In this document: piece after piece, positions 20,356 to 29,822 of the stretch | Numbering within the stretch: the first letter of the stretch is position 1 | Layout: the number at the start of each line of letters is the position of its first letter | Source of the DNA: a virus | Lineage: Duplodnaviria; Caudoviricetes | DNA length: 64,000 nt | Direction: 5' to 3' (one strand) | Virus record (IMG/VR): IMGVR_UViG_3300028591_000076 | Location: 64,001-128,000 of that record | Program-made: the position numbers and the translations under genes | The notes under the pieces: model-generated | Database searches by the model: none | What the model was told of the DNA's origin: nothing | What the model saw: the letters and a program-made list of their open reading frames with translations, nothing else

Positions 20356-21123
20356 ATGAATTACCAATTTTATAATGAAGACTGTTTTGAAAGAATGAAA
20401 AAAATAAAAAGTGGTACAATACCACTTATATTAACTGACCCACCTTATGGAATTTCGTTCCAAAATTTGGACTGGGATAATATACCGGATTATTACAACT
20501 TTCTTATAAAACTATTCTCGGAATTTAAGCGTATACTTACTGATAATGGTGCAATTTGGTTTTTCTGTGCGCCAACAATGATGGATATCATAAATAAAGC
20601 AATTTTGGATTCTGGCCTCATAAATAACTTAAATTTCTGGAAGTCTATCTCTAGACAAAAAGGTCGTGGGTCTAAGAAAAAACCAAAATCACAAAGAGAA
20701 GATATATTACTTATTACTAAATCTGATAAATTTACATTTAATAATTTATCAGATATCTTTAAGTATGATGAAACGGTAACTAATACACTAGACATTACTA
20801 AAGGTGAAGTAGTAAGGCCTATTTTTAATATAAACGATAAAGTTTTTTATTTCAAAATGCCTTATTATTTATCGACTACAGAGAAAATGTTCCATTCATG
20901 CCAAAAAAGTATTCTTCTACTTTACTCGCTAATAGTTAACTTTTCAAAAGAAAATGATACTGTTTTTGACCCATTCGCTGGGTCTGGATCTTGTGGTATT
21001 TCATCATTATTAGCAAATAGAAATTTTATAGGATGCGAATTAGATACAGATATGTATAATAAAGCGCTAGAATGGAAAAATAAATTTAATTTTGATACAT
21101 ATAGGGAAACATTTCTAAAATGA
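20356..21123 (+). CDS. DNA N4-C/N6-A methyltransferase (beta class)
   Basis: TDPPY near N-terminus, H..QK, VFDPFAGSGS near C-terminus. Confidence 0.92.
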   Translation: MNYQFYNEDCFERMKKIKSGTIPLILTDPPYGISFQNLDWDNIPDYYNFLIKLFSEFKRILTDNGAIWFFCAPTMMDIINKAILDSGLINNLNFWKSISRQKGRGSKKKPKSQREDILLITKSDKFTFNNLSDIFKYDETVTNTLDITKGEVVRPIFNINDKVFYFKMPYYLSTTEKMFHSCQKSILLLYSLIVNFSKENDTVFDPFAGSGSCGISSLLANRNFIGCELDTDMYNKALEWKNKFNFDTYRETFLK

Positions 21124-21638
21124 ATATAGCAATAGACTTTTATAATAAAAATAAAGATTATAATAATTTTGATACTGTTATTATTATCCATAGTAGAGAA
21201 GACTATTATAATGTAAAACAACATTTAAGTAATTTTAATGAATTTAAGGAACATGCTTTTACAATAAATTGGAATAATAGCTTTTTTGATATTACGGTAT
21301 TTTCAAAAGCCAAAACTATTAAATATGCATCTACTAAGCTTTTAAGAAATGTGCTTGCGCCTTATGTTGTAAAAGACGAAAATGGTATACCTCAGCCTAG
21401 AGGATGGTTCTATGGAGATAATGGATTACCACAAAGATATACTGGCGTTTCTAATTCAATGTATTTCAGTAAAAGTACATGGGATAAGACATTTTCTGTA
21501 CCATTCCTATACTTGTTAACTCTAATGTTCACTAATTTAGATGATGCTATATCATCTAATATAGAAGATTATAGTGTCATATCTAATAAAAATAATGATT
21601 TTATGCAATATGCAGAACATCATTTTATTATTGAATAA
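21120..21638 (+). CDS. hypothetical protein
   Basis: 172 aa, ATGA-coupled to the MTase. Confidence 0.75.
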   Translation: MNIAIDFYNKNKDYNNFDTVIIIHSREDYYNVKQHLSNFNEFKEHAFTINWNNSFFDITVFSKAKTIKYASTKLLRNVLAPYVVKDENGIPQPRGWFYGDNGLPQRYTGVSNSMYFSKSTWDKTFSVPFLYLLTLMFTNLDDAISSNIEDYSVISNKNNDFMQYAEHHFIIE

Positions 21639-21707
21639 GCTGAAGATTTTTTAGTAAATTCACTAATTATTTATTAAATATATATTTAATTATAAGGAAG
21701 ATAAATC

Positions 21708-22628
21708 ATGAGTCTTGATATAAACAGATTACTTGATCAAATGGATGACGCTCGCGACGCCACTCTAAACTTGATAGACAAATTCAAGAAAATATCAGAT
21801 CTTGCAAAAGATTTTGATGGTACTATTGCAGAAACAGTACCCCTCCAAATTAAAAAAGATATTGAAATCATTACAGAACTTACAGATGGCCAGGGCCAAA
21901 ACTCAATTTCTAGCTTAATTTCTTTAATTGAAAATGTTCCAGTTGGACAAGTTAGAACACGTAGAGCTGTAAGAACAACTCTAGACCCACAAGCAGCTAC
22001 TCAAAATGTAAATGCTGCGCCTACTATTGATACTACGCCTGATACTTCTGGTGGTGTACAGTCCGCTGTTGCCGCGGAAGCTGCTGGTAATCCAGCTCCA
22101 GTTGCTGAGTCTACTAAACGTTCTAGCGCGCTTTCTGAATACCTAAAAGAAGGTAAAAAGAAAGAAATGCAAGCTAGATATATTGCTAATACTATAAATC
22201 TTGGACAAGTTCTTGAGGGAACACAGCAGGATTCTCCATATGGCAATAGTATGAATGAAATGGTAAGTCCTGACTTACATTATAACTTAAATAAAATTCT
22301 TGAAGGTGCTGGTGATGGCGTACAAGAAATCAGTAATGCATTTGATACTTCATTAAAGAGCAATATGGCTCAAATGCGTGAGTCAGTTGCAAGATTACAT
22401 GAAAATGATAATGCAGAGCCAACGCCTGATTGGAGAAAAGCTGCTCAGTCAGTACATATGAACGAGTCATTAAATGGATTTGATGGTATGTTTGGTGGAG
22501 CAAGACGTAGAAATAATGATGTTTCTGGCATGTCTTTCAGAGATATGTTTAAGGGCGGCATAGTTGACCCATTACAGAATGTAAATGTTGTTGATAATGC
22601 ATGGAATGATGGTTCTTATCATAAATAA
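21708..22628 (+). CDS. putative head/core-associated protein
   Basis: ACTAATT upstream; Ala/Pro linker; VAES, LKEG, MRES, MNES sites. Confidence 0.55.
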   Translation: MSLDINRLLDQMDDARDATLNLIDKFKKISDLAKDFDGTIAETVPLQIKKDIEIITELTDGQGQNSISSLISLIENVPVGQVRTRRAVRTTLDPQAATQNVNAAPTIDTTPDTSGGVQSAVAAEAAGNPAPVAESTKRSSALSEYLKEGKKKEMQARYIANTINLGQVLEGTQQDSPYGNSMNEMVSPDLHYNLNKILEGAGDGVQEISNAFDTSLKSNMAQMRESVARLHENDNAEPTPDWRKAAQSVHMNESLNGFDGMFGGARRRNNDVSGMSFRDMFKGGIVDPLQNVNVVDNAWNDGSYHK

Positions 22629-22648
22629 TAGTTAAAAACCTAAAAATA

Positions 22649-22672
22649 AAAAGCCAGCTTTTAGCTGGCTTT
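22649..22672. terminator. bidirectional terminator
   Basis: AAAAGCCAGC-TTTTA-GCTGGCTT. Confidence 0.85.
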
Positions 22673-22678
22673 ATTTAT

Positions 22679-22933
22679 TTATAAATCTGAAAAATATTCA
22701 GGCTTATTTTTTAATGTACATGTAGCTATTTTTTCAAGTGGTACCTTATATGTAATTTCAGCATTTGAAGACCCTATATAAAGACATTTATCAGCTTCGT
22801 CTATAAATAGTTCTCCATAAGATAAACTATCGTATTTGTCTAAAAAATTTGATATATCCCCTCTAGCTATTAAATTCTTATATCTTGAATACGTACTATT
22901 GCCTGTCATATTTTTAATCTCGGAAATAATCAT
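22679..22933 (-). CDS. hypothetical protein
   Basis: 84 aa, overlaps upstream gene. Confidence 0.65.
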   Translation of the reverse strand: MIISEIKNMTGNSTYSRYKNLIARGDISNFLDKYDSLSYGELFIDEADKCLYIGSSNAEITYKVPLEKIATCTLKNKPEYFSDL

Positions 22934-23441
22934 CTATTTCCTTTTGTAAAAGTGACTCCTTTTCTGTTAGCTCTAATTCTCTTTCTATATCGTCTATGCT
23001 TACTTTCCTAAAAGCATTCTGAATAAATATATCGCCATTAGCATCTTTATAAAGCATTATTTTTGTAGTCTTGTCAAAAATAAATGAGTCATTAGCATAA
23101 TTATCTAAAATATCTTTAGTAATTTTTTCTTCAGTATAAACTGAAGAAGGTATTTTATAATTATAACCAGAATAAGTATATACTGGCGCTGTCCAGCTTG
23201 ACTGATTATAAATCAAGTTACCATTAAGATTGATAGAGCTACCTGTATTTGGGGTAGACGTTACCGAAGTAGAAGAAGTTATAGTAGACGTAGCTGCTGA
23301 GCTGCTAATGCCATCTACCATTAAGCTATTAGCTGTTATGCTTCGCACATATTCATCAATTGATAAACTATTATCTTCCGCTGATATAGCGTAATTATCA
23401 TCTAATGTATAATTCTTTATTTTTTCTCTAATAGATGTCAT
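22914..23441 (-). CDS. hypothetical protein with S/T-rich linker
   Basis: 175 aa; SSSAATSTITSSTSVTSTP. Confidence 0.75.
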   Translation of the reverse strand: MTSIREKIKNYTLDDNYAISAEDNSLSIDEYVRSITANSLMVDGISSSAATSTITSSTSVTSTPNTGSSINLNGNLIYNQSSWTAPVYTYSGYNYKIPSSVYTEEKITKDILDNYANDSFIFDKTTKIMLYKDANGDIFIQNAFRKVSIDDIERELELTEKESLLQKEIDDYFRD

Positions 23442-23523
23442 ATAATGATATTAGCAGATATTAAAAATTTTTAGTTCGCTAACTAATTTTTTAAAGATAT
23501 AAAGAGTATCTTTAAGGAATTAT

Positions 23524-23970
23524 ATGGAAATAAAAATTGATAAAGCTTTCTTCACTAAGCTTATAGTAGTAGTTATTTTATGTATGATATGTTTTTGTTT
23601 AGGCAGATTCTTAAGATTTTCTGATAAGTCTGGCAATGCACAGAACTTAGTAGATGGAATAACTATAAGTCAAGAAACCGCTAAAAAGATGGCACAAAAA
23701 TTGAATATTGGTGAAGCGGCATTAAAATCTGCGGATTTATATGAAAAGGCTGTTATAGAAAGTCTAGATACCCTTAGTGAGTCTAATGAAAAAGGCCTTG
23801 AATGTATGAATATGTTGAATGAGGCCTTTATCGCAAATAAAAATATAACAGAAAAATATAAGTCATTAAAAACTGACGTTATTGTAAATGAGCTTAAAAA
23901 AGCACAAGAGCAAGCACTTGTCTATGAAAAGCTATTTAATGACTATAAAGCATTAGAGGAAGAAAAATAA
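23524..23970 (+). CDS. N-terminal TM plus coiled-coil protein (i-spanin-like)
   Basis: LIVVVILCMICFCLG followed by a helical domain. Confidence 0.6.
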   Translation: MEIKIDKAFFTKLIVVVILCMICFCLGRFLRFSDKSGNAQNLVDGITISQETAKKMAQKLNIGEAALKSADLYEKAVIESLDTLSESNEKGLECMNMLNEAFIANKNITEKYKSLKTDVIVNELKKAQEQALVYEKLFNDYKALEEEK

Positions 23971-24720
23971 ATGAAAAAATTAGCCTCAATAATATTATCT
24001 TTTATATTACTAAACTTTGTAGCTTCATTTGTATTATATGCAAATGAAATGGAAGAAGTTCATGAATTTGATGATATACTAGAAGAATTAAATTCTGAGG
24101 ACTTAAATGTAGAAATTAGAGAGCTTAATAGAATTACTAAAAAAATTACTGATAAATCTATTGCAATTTCTAAGGCTGATATAGAAGTACCAGAATTTAA
24201 GGAAATAGATGAAAACGCTGAATTATCTACAAGAATAAATGCAATTACTGATATGTTTATTATTTATAAACAGTTTAATTTAGATGTTTTAGAAGCTAAG
24301 GATATTAATGAACAAAATGCCTTAGAAATAACATCCTATGTTGCTGAGCTCTTTGAACATATGGGTAAAGTTTCCAAAATTATTAAAAAAATTGAAAAAA
24401 GTGCAAATGAAAATGTAAGTATTGCATTAGCAGAGTGGAAAAAAGTCGCTGAAGATAATGAAGCCCTTCAAAAACAGCTTGAAATAGACAGGGTACTGGC
24501 TGAAAAATTAGCAGAAGAAGTTGCAGCTTTATCTAAAGTTAAAAATAGAGTTAGAAAAGCTGCATATGTTGAGTTAGGAATTGGCTTACCAACTCTAATT
24601 TTAGGATGTTTACCTATCTGGACTGATGAACAAAAAAATATTCAAAACTTACTTTTAGGTATTGGTGGGTCATTAACTGCAGCTGGTGGTGTAAGCTTTG
24701 TTTTTACAATTACATTTTAG
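23971..24720 (+). CDS. exported coiled-coil protein with C-terminal membrane anchor
   Basis: Signal peptide, long heptads, hydrophobic C-terminus ending GVSFVFTITF. Confidence 0.65.
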   Translation: MKKLASIILSFILLNFVASFVLYANEMEEVHEFDDILEELNSEDLNVEIRELNRITKKITDKSIAISKADIEVPEFKEIDENAELSTRINAITDMFIIYKQFNLDVLEAKDINEQNALEITSYVAELFEHMGKVSKIIKKIEKSANENVSIALAEWKKVAEDNEALQKQLEIDRVLAEKLAEEVAALSKVKNRVRKAAYVELGIGLPTLILGCLPIWTDEQKNIQNLLLGIGGSLTAAGGVSFVFTITF

Positions 24721-24728
24721 GATAAAAT

Positions 24729-25286
24729 ATGAACACAAAATTAGATAATAAAATAATAAATGATAGATGCTTATTAAAATACTTACCTATAAATCAAGTA
24801 TATAATATCGTAAATGATTATGAATATGATTTATGTTATGAGGCGCTTTTTGAAAAAGGGTCGGTAGACTTATATGAAAACTTAAGTGACTGGTTTGGAA
24901 TATTTATATATGACTCAAAAGGTGAAAAGCATCTAGTTGGCCTTTTATGTACTAATGATAACTATCATACTGAATTTAAGTTAGAAGATAAAAATCCAAT
25001 ACACTTATCAGAAATAGAAATTGAGCCAAAATTTAGAGGTGAAAACTTTACAAACTCTAATAAAATTCATGCTTTTTCTAAGGCTATGTCTACTTGGGAA
25101 AAAGGCGCTAAAAAAGCTGGATATAACTTATTAACTTTACAAGCGCTAGATGAAACAAAAATTCCATTATATGAGCATGTAGGATTTCATAAAGTAGATT
25201 ATACTATATATAAACCAATTATTAAAGAATATGGACATGAAAAGTTCTATAATGAAGAACATCCATTTATGATTAAGGAAATATAA
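24729..25286 (+). CDS. GNAT-family acetyltransferase
   Basis: LSEIEIEPKFRG motif A; LQAL...IPLYEHVGF motif B. Confidence 0.75.
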   Translation: MNTKLDNKIINDRCLLKYLPINQVYNIVNDYEYDLCYEALFEKGSVDLYENLSDWFGIFIYDSKGEKHLVGLLCTNDNYHTEFKLEDKNPIHLSEIEIEPKFRGENFTNSNKIHAFSKAMSTWEKGAKKAGYNLLTLQALDETKIPLYEHVGFHKVDYTIYKPIIKEYGHEKFYNEEHPFMIKEI

Positions 25287-25287
25287 T

Positions 25288-25902
25288 ATGACTGATGAAG
25301 AAATTAAACAAATTGAAGCAGACTTAGATGAATTATACAATACTAAAAAACAATTATCCCCTCTTACAAGATATATGTATGAAAATAATTGTGAATATAT
25401 CGCTAGTGGTACTGCTAGGTCAGTATATAAATTAAATGATGATAAAGTATTAAAAATCGCAAAAAATAAAAAAGGTATTGCTCAAAATAACGTTGAAGCT
25501 GACTGGGCTTTAAGAAATTATGGTATAATAGCCGACTGGTATGATATATCTGATAATGGTATTTGGATTGAAAGTGAATTTTGTAAAAAAGCTAAAAAGT
25601 CCGACTTCTATGAACTTACTGGATTAAAATTTGATTGGTTTCAAGAAGCTGTAAGATATAATTATTTCTATTTACACCCTTGTCGTTACTTTGGTGTTTC
25701 TAAACCAGAAGGATACGATGAAGAAGTAGAAAAGGAAGACTCCTTCTTAGTAAGTATAGAGTCATATATGGCTGATTTTGATGTTCCATTTGGTGACCTA
25801 TGTAGAATATCTAGCTATGGCATAAATCATAATAATGAAATTGTGTTAGTAGATTACGGACTAAATAGGTCAGTGGAAGAAGAATTCTATAAAAGAAAAT
25901 AA
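25288..25902 (+). CDS. minimal protein-kinase-like protein
   Basis: IASGTARSVY (Gly loop), VLKIA (Lys), NVE (alphaC Glu), GDL catalytic loop, VLVDYGL. Confidence 0.75.
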   Translation: MTDEEIKQIEADLDELYNTKKQLSPLTRYMYENNCEYIASGTARSVYKLNDDKVLKIAKNKKGIAQNNVEADWALRNYGIIADWYDISDNGIWIESEFCKKAKKSDFYELTGLKFDWFQEAVRYNYFYLHPCRYFGVSKPEGYDEEVEKEDSFLVSIESYMADFDVPFGDLCRISSYGINHNNEIVLVDYGLNRSVEEEFYKRK

Positions 25903-26322
25903 CTATTTTTCAACTAAACTTTTTTCTAAATCGGCTCTCTCAGATTTTGTTAAATAACTAACAACGCCTGTTAAATCATTATTATACATGTATTCTAACA
26001 TTGCATTTTTTATAGAGTCTTGCCATCCTGAATATAAATAAGCTGGATAATTTTGCTTATCTATACAGGGTCTCGTTATAGTAAATATATCCTTATCTGC
26101 ATAAACGCCTCGATATGCAGATGCTACTTCATGAAAATTATAGCCTATCTTTATTTTATTTTTAGGATAAGACATTACTTCATCAGCTATTTCTACTAGT
26201 AATTCTTCACTTAAGCTAATAACTATTACCCGCTTATGTTTTGGAGAATAATAATCCTCAAAAAAGTTATATAATTCTGATAAAAATAGAGCGGGATGAA
26301 TATAATATTTATCTATTGCCAT
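25903..26322 (-). CDS. hypothetical protein
   Basis: 139 aa, coupled operon. Confidence 0.75.
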   Translation of the reverse strand: MAIDKYYIHPALFLSELYNFFEDYYSPKHKRVIVISLSEELLVEIADEVMSYPKNKIKIGYNFHEVASAYRGVYADKDIFTITRPCIDKQNYPAYLYSGWQDSIKNAMLEYMYNNDLTGVVSYLTKSERADLEKSLVEK

Positions 26323-26810
26323 TATTTCTTAAAATAAGAGTAAGGATTTAGTATATCAATATCTTCAGATAAGGAAGCTGATTTCTGAATAGCATCTTTA
26401 ATAGAAAAGTTTGCATCTTGAGCAACTTGCATAAGTTGCTTTAACTTTTCTTGTTCAAGAATTTCTATATTTCCATGTTCATCTTCTTTAAGCTTTACAC
26501 CATTAACTTCAAATTCACCTATTGAGAGGTCTCCAACAAATACTGCTGCGTCCCAACCTTCACTATCCGGATTTATAGCAAATGGTACGTCTGAAGTAGA
26601 AAATTCATTATCACCAAGATATAAAGTAAGTACTAATCTTTTTCCTTTAGACTTATCTATCATCCCTGATACTGGACTTGACCCATCGTCTTTTTTTATA
26701 TAAAAAGACTCTGTTATAAATGCATTTTTTCCTAAATGTTCTTCTGATACTAAAACTAAACGTGACCACTCATCACGTCTACATATATCTAATGCTTCTT
26801 TATATGTCAT
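26322..26810 (-). CDS. hypothetical protein
   Basis: 162 aa, coupled operon. Confidence 0.8.
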   Translation of the reverse strand: MTYKEALDICRRDEWSRLVLVSEEHLGKNAFITESFYIKKDDGSSPVSGMIDKSKGKRLVLTLYLGDNEFSTSDVPFAINPDSEGWDAAVFVGDLSIGEFEVNGVKLKEDEHGNIEILEQEKLKQLMQVAQDANFSIKDAIQKSASLSEDIDILNPYSYFKK

Positions 26811-27413
26811 TTAATTTAACCCATATTTCTTTGTTAAAGAGTCTTTTGATGATTTCTTATATTTATTACGCTTAGCTATTATTTTAATCTTATTTATAAT
26901 TTTACCAAAAATAGTCTTTGCTGGCATATTCATTTCTTCAAGATCAAAAATATCTCTACTATAAATTTTAGGGTCAATATATCTACTCTTGTAGCCCTTA
27001 TCACACCACTCAAAAATCTTATTATCCAATTCTTTTCTATCTTTACGCATATCAGCTAGTGCCCTTTCAATTTCAGGCTGTAAAGCAGACTCTTCAAATT
27101 TAGTCATCTTAATTTTTCCAAAATCAATTGGAAGTTTCTCATGATTAAATGTCAAGTCTTTAAGATTTTCAATATCTTTTTTAAGAACTGGGTATGTATA
27201 TACTTTATTTGGCTTTCTAAGCATAAAATATGGATAAAGTGTTTTATCCTTTACATCCATGCTGCAAACATTATCTTTAACTTTTTTATTTATTTTATTT
27301 GATAGAATAATACATAAATTATTCATATCTAATTCTGGAGATGTAATAACTTCTGTTACTAAGTCCATATCCTTTATGGCATTATTAAAACTCTCATTTA
27401 TTTCTAATTGCAT
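26811..27413 (-). CDS. hypothetical protein
   Basis: 200 aa, basic C-terminus. Confidence 0.8.
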   Translation of the reverse strand: MQLEINESFNNAIKDMDLVTEVITSPELDMNNLCIILSNKINKKVKDNVCSMDVKDKTLYPYFMLRKPNKVYTYPVLKKDIENLKDLTFNHEKLPIDFGKIKMTKFEESALQPEIERALADMRKDRKELDNKIFEWCDKGYKSRYIDPKIYSRDIFDLEEMNMPAKTIFGKIINKIKIIAKRNKYKKSSKDSLTKKYGLN

Positions 27414-27471
27414 TCTATATTACCCCATAGTACATTCTATAGTAATATATTAGGATATTATTTAAAATATT

Positions 27472-27492
27472 AAAGGTCCCAAAAAGGGACCT
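27472..27492 (-). terminator. terminator after clpP
   Basis: AAAGGTCCC-AAAAA-GGGACCT. Confidence 0.7.
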
Positions 27493-27520
27493 CTTATACT
27501 TTATTAAATTATATATTTTT

Positions 27521-28126
27521 TTACTTTCGCGCAGTCAAAATATGGTCTACAATACCATAATCAATTGCTTCCTGTGCACCCATAAAGTGATCACGTTCAC
27601 AATCTTTATAAATTTCTTCGTAAGTCTTACCAGTATCTGCTGCAAGATAATCATACAAGAACTTCTTGAGTCTGTTAATTTCCTCTGCAACAATGTTGAT
27701 ATCTGTTGCCTGACCCTGAGCGCCACCAGAAGGCTGGTGAATCATTACACGGCTTGATGGAAGAATATATCTCTTTCCTTTTGTTCCACCCGCAAGAAGT
27801 ACTGAGCCCATTGATGCAGCCTGACCCATACAAATTGTTTGAATGTCACATTTAACATACTTCATAGTATCATAAATAGCAAGACCAGCTGTTACAACGC
27901 CACCCGGTGAATTAATATACATCTTAATATCCTTTTCAGGATTTTCAGATTCAAGGAACAAAAGCTGTGCTACAATAGCATCAGCCATCTGGTCATTAAC
28001 CTCTCCATCAACAAAGATAATTCGGTCTTTGAGAAGTCTTGAATAAATATCGTAACTTCTTTCACCCGTACTTGTGGACTCAACTACATATGGTACCACA
28101 GATGCTCTTTCTCTCATATCTGACAT
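27521..28126 (-). CDS. clpP: ATP-dependent Clp protease proteolytic subunit
   Basis: [25 protein letters not shown] (Ser), MIHQP (His), ERDHFM (Asp). Confidence 0.97.
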   Translation of the reverse strand: MSDMRERASVVPYVVESTSTGERSYDIYSRLLKDRIIFVDGEVNDQMADAIVAQLLFLESENPEKDIKMYINSPGGVVTAGLAIYDTMKYVKCDIQTICMGQAASMGSVLLAGGTKGKRYILPSSRVMIHQPSGGAQGQATDINIVAEEINRLKKFLYDYLAADTGKTYEEIYKDCERDHFMGAQEAIDYGIVDHILTARK

Positions 28127-28194
28127 TTAAGTCTCCTATAATTATTTATTAAAAATATGTAATTATCTTAGTCTATACGTAATAAATTAAAAAA

Positions 28195-28425
28195 TTACTT
28201 TATATCAGGATCACCAGTAAAATAATTATTTGCCTTATTATTAAAAGCGACAGTCTTAGCTAATTCTACTTCTAAGTCTGATACTCTTCGTGTAAGGTCC
28301 ATATTTATAGACTCTAAATAGTGTACTTTTTGATTTAATGTATATATAATATCTGACAAATCTCTTATACTTATATCATAAGAAGTTTTTTGATTTAAGT
28401 CTTCGTCACTTAAGTAATTATTCAT
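28195..28425 (-). CDS. small coiled-coil protein
   Basis: Heptads LNQKVHYLESINMDLTRRVSDLE. Confidence 0.7.
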   Translation of the reverse strand: MNNYLSDEDLNQKTSYDISIRDLSDIIYTLNQKVHYLESINMDLTRRVSDLEVELAKTVAFNNKANNYFTGDPDIK

Positions 28426-28427
28426 AT

Positions 28428-28841
28428 TTAATTAAAATATTTATCCTCTGGATTATTTGCTAAATCTGATTTATCAGAAATATTATTAAGTACCCAATTA
28501 TATTGTTCATTATATGAAGCAACGTAATCATCTCTTTCTAACTTTGGCTTTGTCTTAAATAATTTTAAGTATTCGCAAACTCGCTTTATCTTAAAAATTT
28601 CAAAGATATTATAACTCGCTTTTACATTAGCCGAATATCTATCATTTCCTAAATATAAAATATTATCTTCATTAAGCTTATGCGTATTTGTTAAAAGAGT
28701 AACGGCATCAGATATAATATTTTTATTATATCCTAATAATTTTGGTAATTGTGATGTATTATAAAATAGTTCTTTTATTGTTACATTCTTTTCTTTAAGA
28801 AAATTAAATATAGCAATATCGCGGTCTTGATTTTCTATCAT
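28428..28841 (-). CDS. hypothetical protein
   Basis: 137 aa in operon. Confidence 0.75.
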   Translation of the reverse strand: MIENQDRDIAIFNFLKEKNVTIKELFYNTSQLPKLLGYNKNIISDAVTLLTNTHKLNEDNILYLGNDRYSANVKASYNIFEIFKIKRVCEYLKLFKTKPKLERDDYVASYNEQYNWVLNNISDKSDLANNPEDKYFN

Positions 28842-28849
28842 ACTAATTC

Positions 28850-29104
28850 CTAAGATACTATTATATTATCTTCAGGTAAGCCGGAATTAGCAATATATGT
28901 TAGTAAAAGTTCCTCATTCCTTGAATAAGGATTAACAGTAATAGTCATATTATTCTTGATAAGATATTTAATACCCTCATCTAATGGCATAATCTTATCA
29001 TTAGTCCAAGCTGCTTCTTTCTTATTTAATAAAATACTAGTCTTAGGACTATCAATATCAATAACATATTGCTCAATAATCTCATCTAAATCCATCATAC
29101 GCAT
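28850..29104 (-). CDS. hypothetical protein
   Basis: 84 aa, GAGAGG SD. Confidence 0.75.
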   Translation of the reverse strand: MRMMDLDEIIEQYVIDIDSPKTSILLNKKEAAWTNDKIMPLDEGIKYLIKNNMTITVNPYSRNEELLLTYIANSGLPEDNIIVS

Positions 29105-29209
29105 TACCTCTCAACTACATTTCTTGTCACCCCATTAAAAATATGTAAATTAAAAAAATTATGCATAAAATATAATAATATGTAATTAAACATTTATAAA
29201 ATATGAGTG

Positions 29210-29300
29210 TTTAAATGTGAATTTTTTTAAAATGAAGTTATATTAATTAATGTATAGTAAGAAGAGATATTACTTAGGCTTGCGTAGCGCCAATTAATAT
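29210..29300 (+). repeat. 91-bp dispersed intergenic repeat, copy 1
   Basis: 55 bp and 25 bp blocks identical to 40225-40315, separated by an 11-bp variable block. Confidence 0.95.
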
Positions 29301-29330
29301 ATATTTTTAATTTTTAAAAACTAATTACTT

Positions 29331-29522
29331 ATGTTATCTTGGACCAGATTAAAAAGAAATATTGAAGGCCTAGAACTTTGGAAAGTGGGAGATTATAGGT
29401 TTCTAGTATGTAATTCTTATTTGCATTATTTTAAATTTTTTAAAAATTTTAGTAGTGCAAATAATCATTTTTATTCTGTGAAACTTGAATATAATAATGG
29501 TAATTTTACTTATACTTTGTAG
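29331..29522 (+). CDS. hypothetical protein
   Basis: 63 aa, ACTAATT 4 nt upstream of ATG. Confidence 0.6.
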   Translation: MLSWTRLKRNIEGLELWKVGDYRFLVCNSYLHYFKFFKNFSSANNHFYSVKLEYNNGNFTYTL

Positions 29523-29817
29523 CTTATTATTTATTTTTAATATAATTCTTATTTTATATTTATTTAATAAAATTAAAAAGAAAATTTCTAATATAAATAA
29601 AGATATTATTTCTATAAATCAGCGTCTACAGAATTTAGATAATAGGGTATCTATTAACGAAAATGATTTTGATGAAACTATAAAAAAGAATGTTCAGTAT
29701 TTAGAACAAAATATTGTTGCGCTAAAATACGAATTTACTATAAAACTTATAGATGACATAAGAAATAATATTAAAACTTTAGTTAATACAGAGTTAGAAA
29801 AACAAAAATCTAAATAA
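29497..29817 (+). CDS. N-terminal TM plus coiled-coil protein
   Basis: MVILLILCSLLFIFNIILILYLF then heptads (ORF track starts at the in-frame TTG 29485). Confidence 0.7.
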   Translation: MVILLILCSLLFIFNIILILYLFNKIKKKISNINKDIISINQRLQNLDNRVSINENDFDETIKKNVQYLEQNIVALKYEFTIKLIDDIRNNIKTLVNTELEKQKSK

Positions 29818-29822
29818 TTTAT

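Noticed and set aside
20356-21638. Type II restriction-modification pair
   Set aside because: The coupled 172-aa ORF shows no recognisable PD-(D/E)xK, HNH or GIY-YIG motif; an orphan MTase is the simpler reading
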